From NCBI RefSeq assembly GCF_000143415.4, contig NW_003314395.1:306658-370657 (forward strand): a stretch of DNA of 64,000 nt. The letters run 5' to 3'. The notes under the pieces are model-generated. The model was not told the DNA's origin. It saw nothing but the letters and a program-made list of their open reading frames with translations, and searched no databases. Each line of letters starts with the position of its first letter. Positions within the stretch are counted from its first letter, which is position 1. A program made the position numbers and the translations under genes. This DNA is from Selaginella moellendorffii. Taxonomy: Eukaryota; Plantae; Lycopodiophyta. Shown here one piece after another: positions 61,170 through 64,000 of the stretch.

Positions 61170-63750
61170 CCCATATAATTTGATGAGCAGTGGTAGATTC
61201 TTGTTTAGATTCCCTCAAAATGTCCACCTTTGCTGCTAAGCCTAAGCGTTTGGCTGTCAGCTTGCTTGTAAAGCTTGAGAGCAAAGGGCATTTTGAGGTA
61301 TATTTTCAGTATATCCCATGAAACAATGTTTTTCTACTTCATGCAATTCCAGCATCTCATTACATCCGAGCTCAAGGTGCATGTCCCATGATGATCATAT
61401 TCCATACAACCAACATTGTGGTTCTTCATCCTCCCAAATACTTCTAATGCTTCCACATGTCCATGAGGTTGCTCATGACAAATGCATTGGCTTCATATCC
61501 ACACCTCACACCCATCCTGCATAAATCTTCCATGCTCTCACCCCTTGTGTACAGATCCACCAGATTCCTTGCCACAAACATGTCAAGATCATAGCGTGCC
61601 TTGCAAGCTGCCAAATGAAGAGCCATTCCTTTTTTGGCTTCATCATTTCCTTCAACTGCTCCCAAGTACTGCGAAAACTTGCTGAGCATGCCACACTTGG
61701 GAGTAGAGTCCAAGAGGCTGTTTAGGATGTGGAATCTATTGCCTGCGTATAAAACTTTTTAAAGTTAATACACTGTTGCAGTCTAGAACTAAGATTACCT
61801 CTTTTTCTCATCAAAAATCCAGTTTCCATCCTGGAATCAGCTGGCACGCTTCTCAAGTTGACAGCCTTGCTACTACGTGCTGGAAAAAGAGATCAAGTGC
61901 CAAGCAACCTTTGCAGCTATGAGTGGAGATGAAACATTGCAGATCTACATGACAAATCGTTGCTCCTGAATTCACGATGATAGCCAGCCTCCTGCTGTAC
62001 CCACAAAACGACTTCTCTATTTCTTCATTGTGAATGTCCCATGCAATGGCTCCTACTTCTGAAACGTACCCCTGATCCTTGAGAGCAGCCTTGAGAAGCC
62101 ATCTTGTCCCTATATGCATGAGTTTTGTCCCAAGAACTTATGAATGATGCCATGTTTGTCAATGTTTGAGCTTCTTCTGAACTTTGTCTCCATATGCACA
62201 TAGGCTGCAGCTTGCTTCTTGTCTGGCTATAACATTCTTCCACTTCCCAAGTGATCATGTTTGGCTTGAAACAGAGCGAAATGCCAAAGCAACACTCCTT
62301 TATTTCTTATAATTTTTATAACCATTTTGGTATCCCATCTTCACTATGCCATACTATTTTAATTATAGCCTTTCCATTAATTTTTCTTTCTCCTCCAATT
62401 AAACTTCTAGTGTATAAAAAGGAAAATTATTATGAGTTTGGGGCAAAATATTGGGGGAGATGATGTTCCAGACTTGGATGAATTCCTAAAGAAGTATGAT
62501 CCTCATCACTGCAAGTCCTCAAAAGCTGGTGGAACAAAAGACTGTTGTGAGTATATTCTCAGAAATGGTTGTAAGGATTTTTCTTGGCATTACTCAATAA
62601 TGGATTGGTTTTGGGAACCAAGAAAGTATTGACAAAACTGAATTTTGAACTTTCTAGAGGATGCGAAAATCTTGGGTTATGCTGATTATTTTATGCATTA
62701 AATTTTATTTCTACTTTTATTTATTAAAAAGGAAGAATAATTTTTGAAGGAGATTAAGTGATTTTGCATCTTTTATTAGTTAGAATAAAGAGCTCTTTAA
62801 CTACATGATGTTCCTCCAAAGCTAACTCAAGGTTAAAAACTAGCAAATGCTAACTCTCTCTTTGACATGCCTAGTCCATTGTAAAGTTGCTGAGCTTTCT
62901 ATCCACATTAGACCACACACTCAGATAACTTTTTGTTTCAGAACCAAAAATGTCAACAGAAAAGAGAAACAAAGAGAAAAAAAGTTATTCCTTATAATTC
63001 TTTAAAACCACCTTTCCATACTATTTAAGTTATAGCCTCTCCATTAATTTTTTCTTTTTGCTAAAATAATAAATTATTAGCTAATGAAATCAACTACTTA
63101 AACATTCCACATATTCTTCTTTATCAATAAATAAAAGTCGATAAAGCATATCGTTTTCGCCATCTCGACAGCCTCACCACCATACAGTGAAAGTGCTCCA
63201 GATCTGGAGTTACCTACGATCAGCTCATTGCCTGGGTTGCTGTGTCGACCTAGCCAGCATCGCTACACTCAGTGAGGATGAAGTGAAAGCAATCCGTCCG
63301 GTTTTAAGACTTCCAGAACAAAGCCGCAGGTGACCATAACTTGGCAGTCCTTCGCAGTACTACATGCTCAGCACCAGTGATACTCTCGCTTTGAGTTGGC
63401 CACGGACGCAATGACTTCGTCTCTATATCTGGAGATAATCAAGTGAATTACCTTCCCAATTGCCAGAGCTGCCCAAGCCTTCAGTTCTGCCACGAAAGTT
63501 TATCAGCATCTGTTGAAACAGCTTGTCCGGTTCGTTGTGCTGAGCATAGCCGGCAATCAAGATAGTCCACGATGTTGCTTCCGGGGTATTCGTTTAAAAA
63601 CTTGACGAGGCTTCAACACCTTGCATAGAGATTGTCGCGACGAATATAACCTTTGCAGATCGACGAAGCTCTCTGTGTCTTCTTCACTCCAAACACTGGA
63701 ACAGGTCTTCCAATGCAGTATCAACCGTTTGAGCGTCCAGATCACAGCCT
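61170..63750 (-). pseudogene. PPR/DYW remnants, second inverted copy (~61170-62270 and ~63160-63750)
   Basis: Reverse complement of copy-1-like remnants. Confidence 0.75.
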
Positions 63751-63878
63751 CGGTACTTCATGAGAGCAAGGCATCGTCCGTTGGTGCCGTTTAGAGCGAA
63801 GCCAGAGTGCATTCTAGACCACACTAATCCTGCCGCTTAAACCTCTCGAGCACTCGCTATGCTGGTAGCACCGTACTT

Positions 63879-64000
63879 TCACAAGCTCATAGTCAGAGAA
63901 TCGTCTTCCTCCTGTGCGTTTAGCACTTTAATCCTCCACTCGGGCTCTTTCTTCTCAGTCAGAGAATCGTCCACCACAACTGCCAAAGGATTCGTCACTT
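63879..64000 (-). CDS. C-terminal end of a fifth His-rich membrane protein copy; continues beyond the window
   Basis: EVTNPLAVVVDDSLTEKKEPEWRIKVLNAQEEDDSLTMSL*. Confidence 0.75.
   Translation of the reverse strand, partial: VTNPLAVVVDDSLTEKKEPEWRIKVLNAQEEDDSLTMSL

Larger units (their letters stand above)
22100..64000. repeat. Segmental duplication array of a ~7-8 kb composite unit: direct copies starting ~22100, 30330, 37030 and 52950 (truncated), inverted copies after ~53660
   Basis: Near-identical NHL, His-rich, PPR-remnant and AT-rich blocks recur in the same order, on the minus strand after ~53660. Confidence 0.95.

Overview
This is eukaryotic land-plant DNA. The very short (~45-70 nt) GT-AG introns and many PPR/DYW remnants suggest a lycophyte such as Selaginella (inference). 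(1) 1-5.5 kb holds nested retrotransposon debris: a decayed Ty1/copia interior, an inverted LTR piece and a Ty3/gypsy chromovirus pol. (2) ~5.6-14.4 kb is the most unusual part. It is an element-like block with one large minus-strand multi-exon pseudogene that I can splice by eye into ParB/Srx-like + N6-MTase-fold-like + acidic/Pro-rich linker + FCP1/NIF HAD-like domains. The block carries ~17 copies of a 22-bp 8-6-8 palindrome, several inside introns, and ends in a 144-bp spacer-less palindrome. (3) 15.4-19.0 kb is a long coiled-coil gene with an in-frame TGA near its end. (4) 22.1-64 kb is an array of a ~7-8 kb composite unit (NHL-repeat membrane gene, beta-tubulin fragment, His-rich/APAPA transmembrane ORF, PPR-DYW remnants, 25S rDNA fragment, AT-rich TE fossils). 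Three direct copies plus a truncated fourth are followed by inverted copies. One copy holds a young non-autonomous copia-type LTR element (42827-50111, TSD ATTCA). Domain calls come from motif recognition by eye, not database searches.
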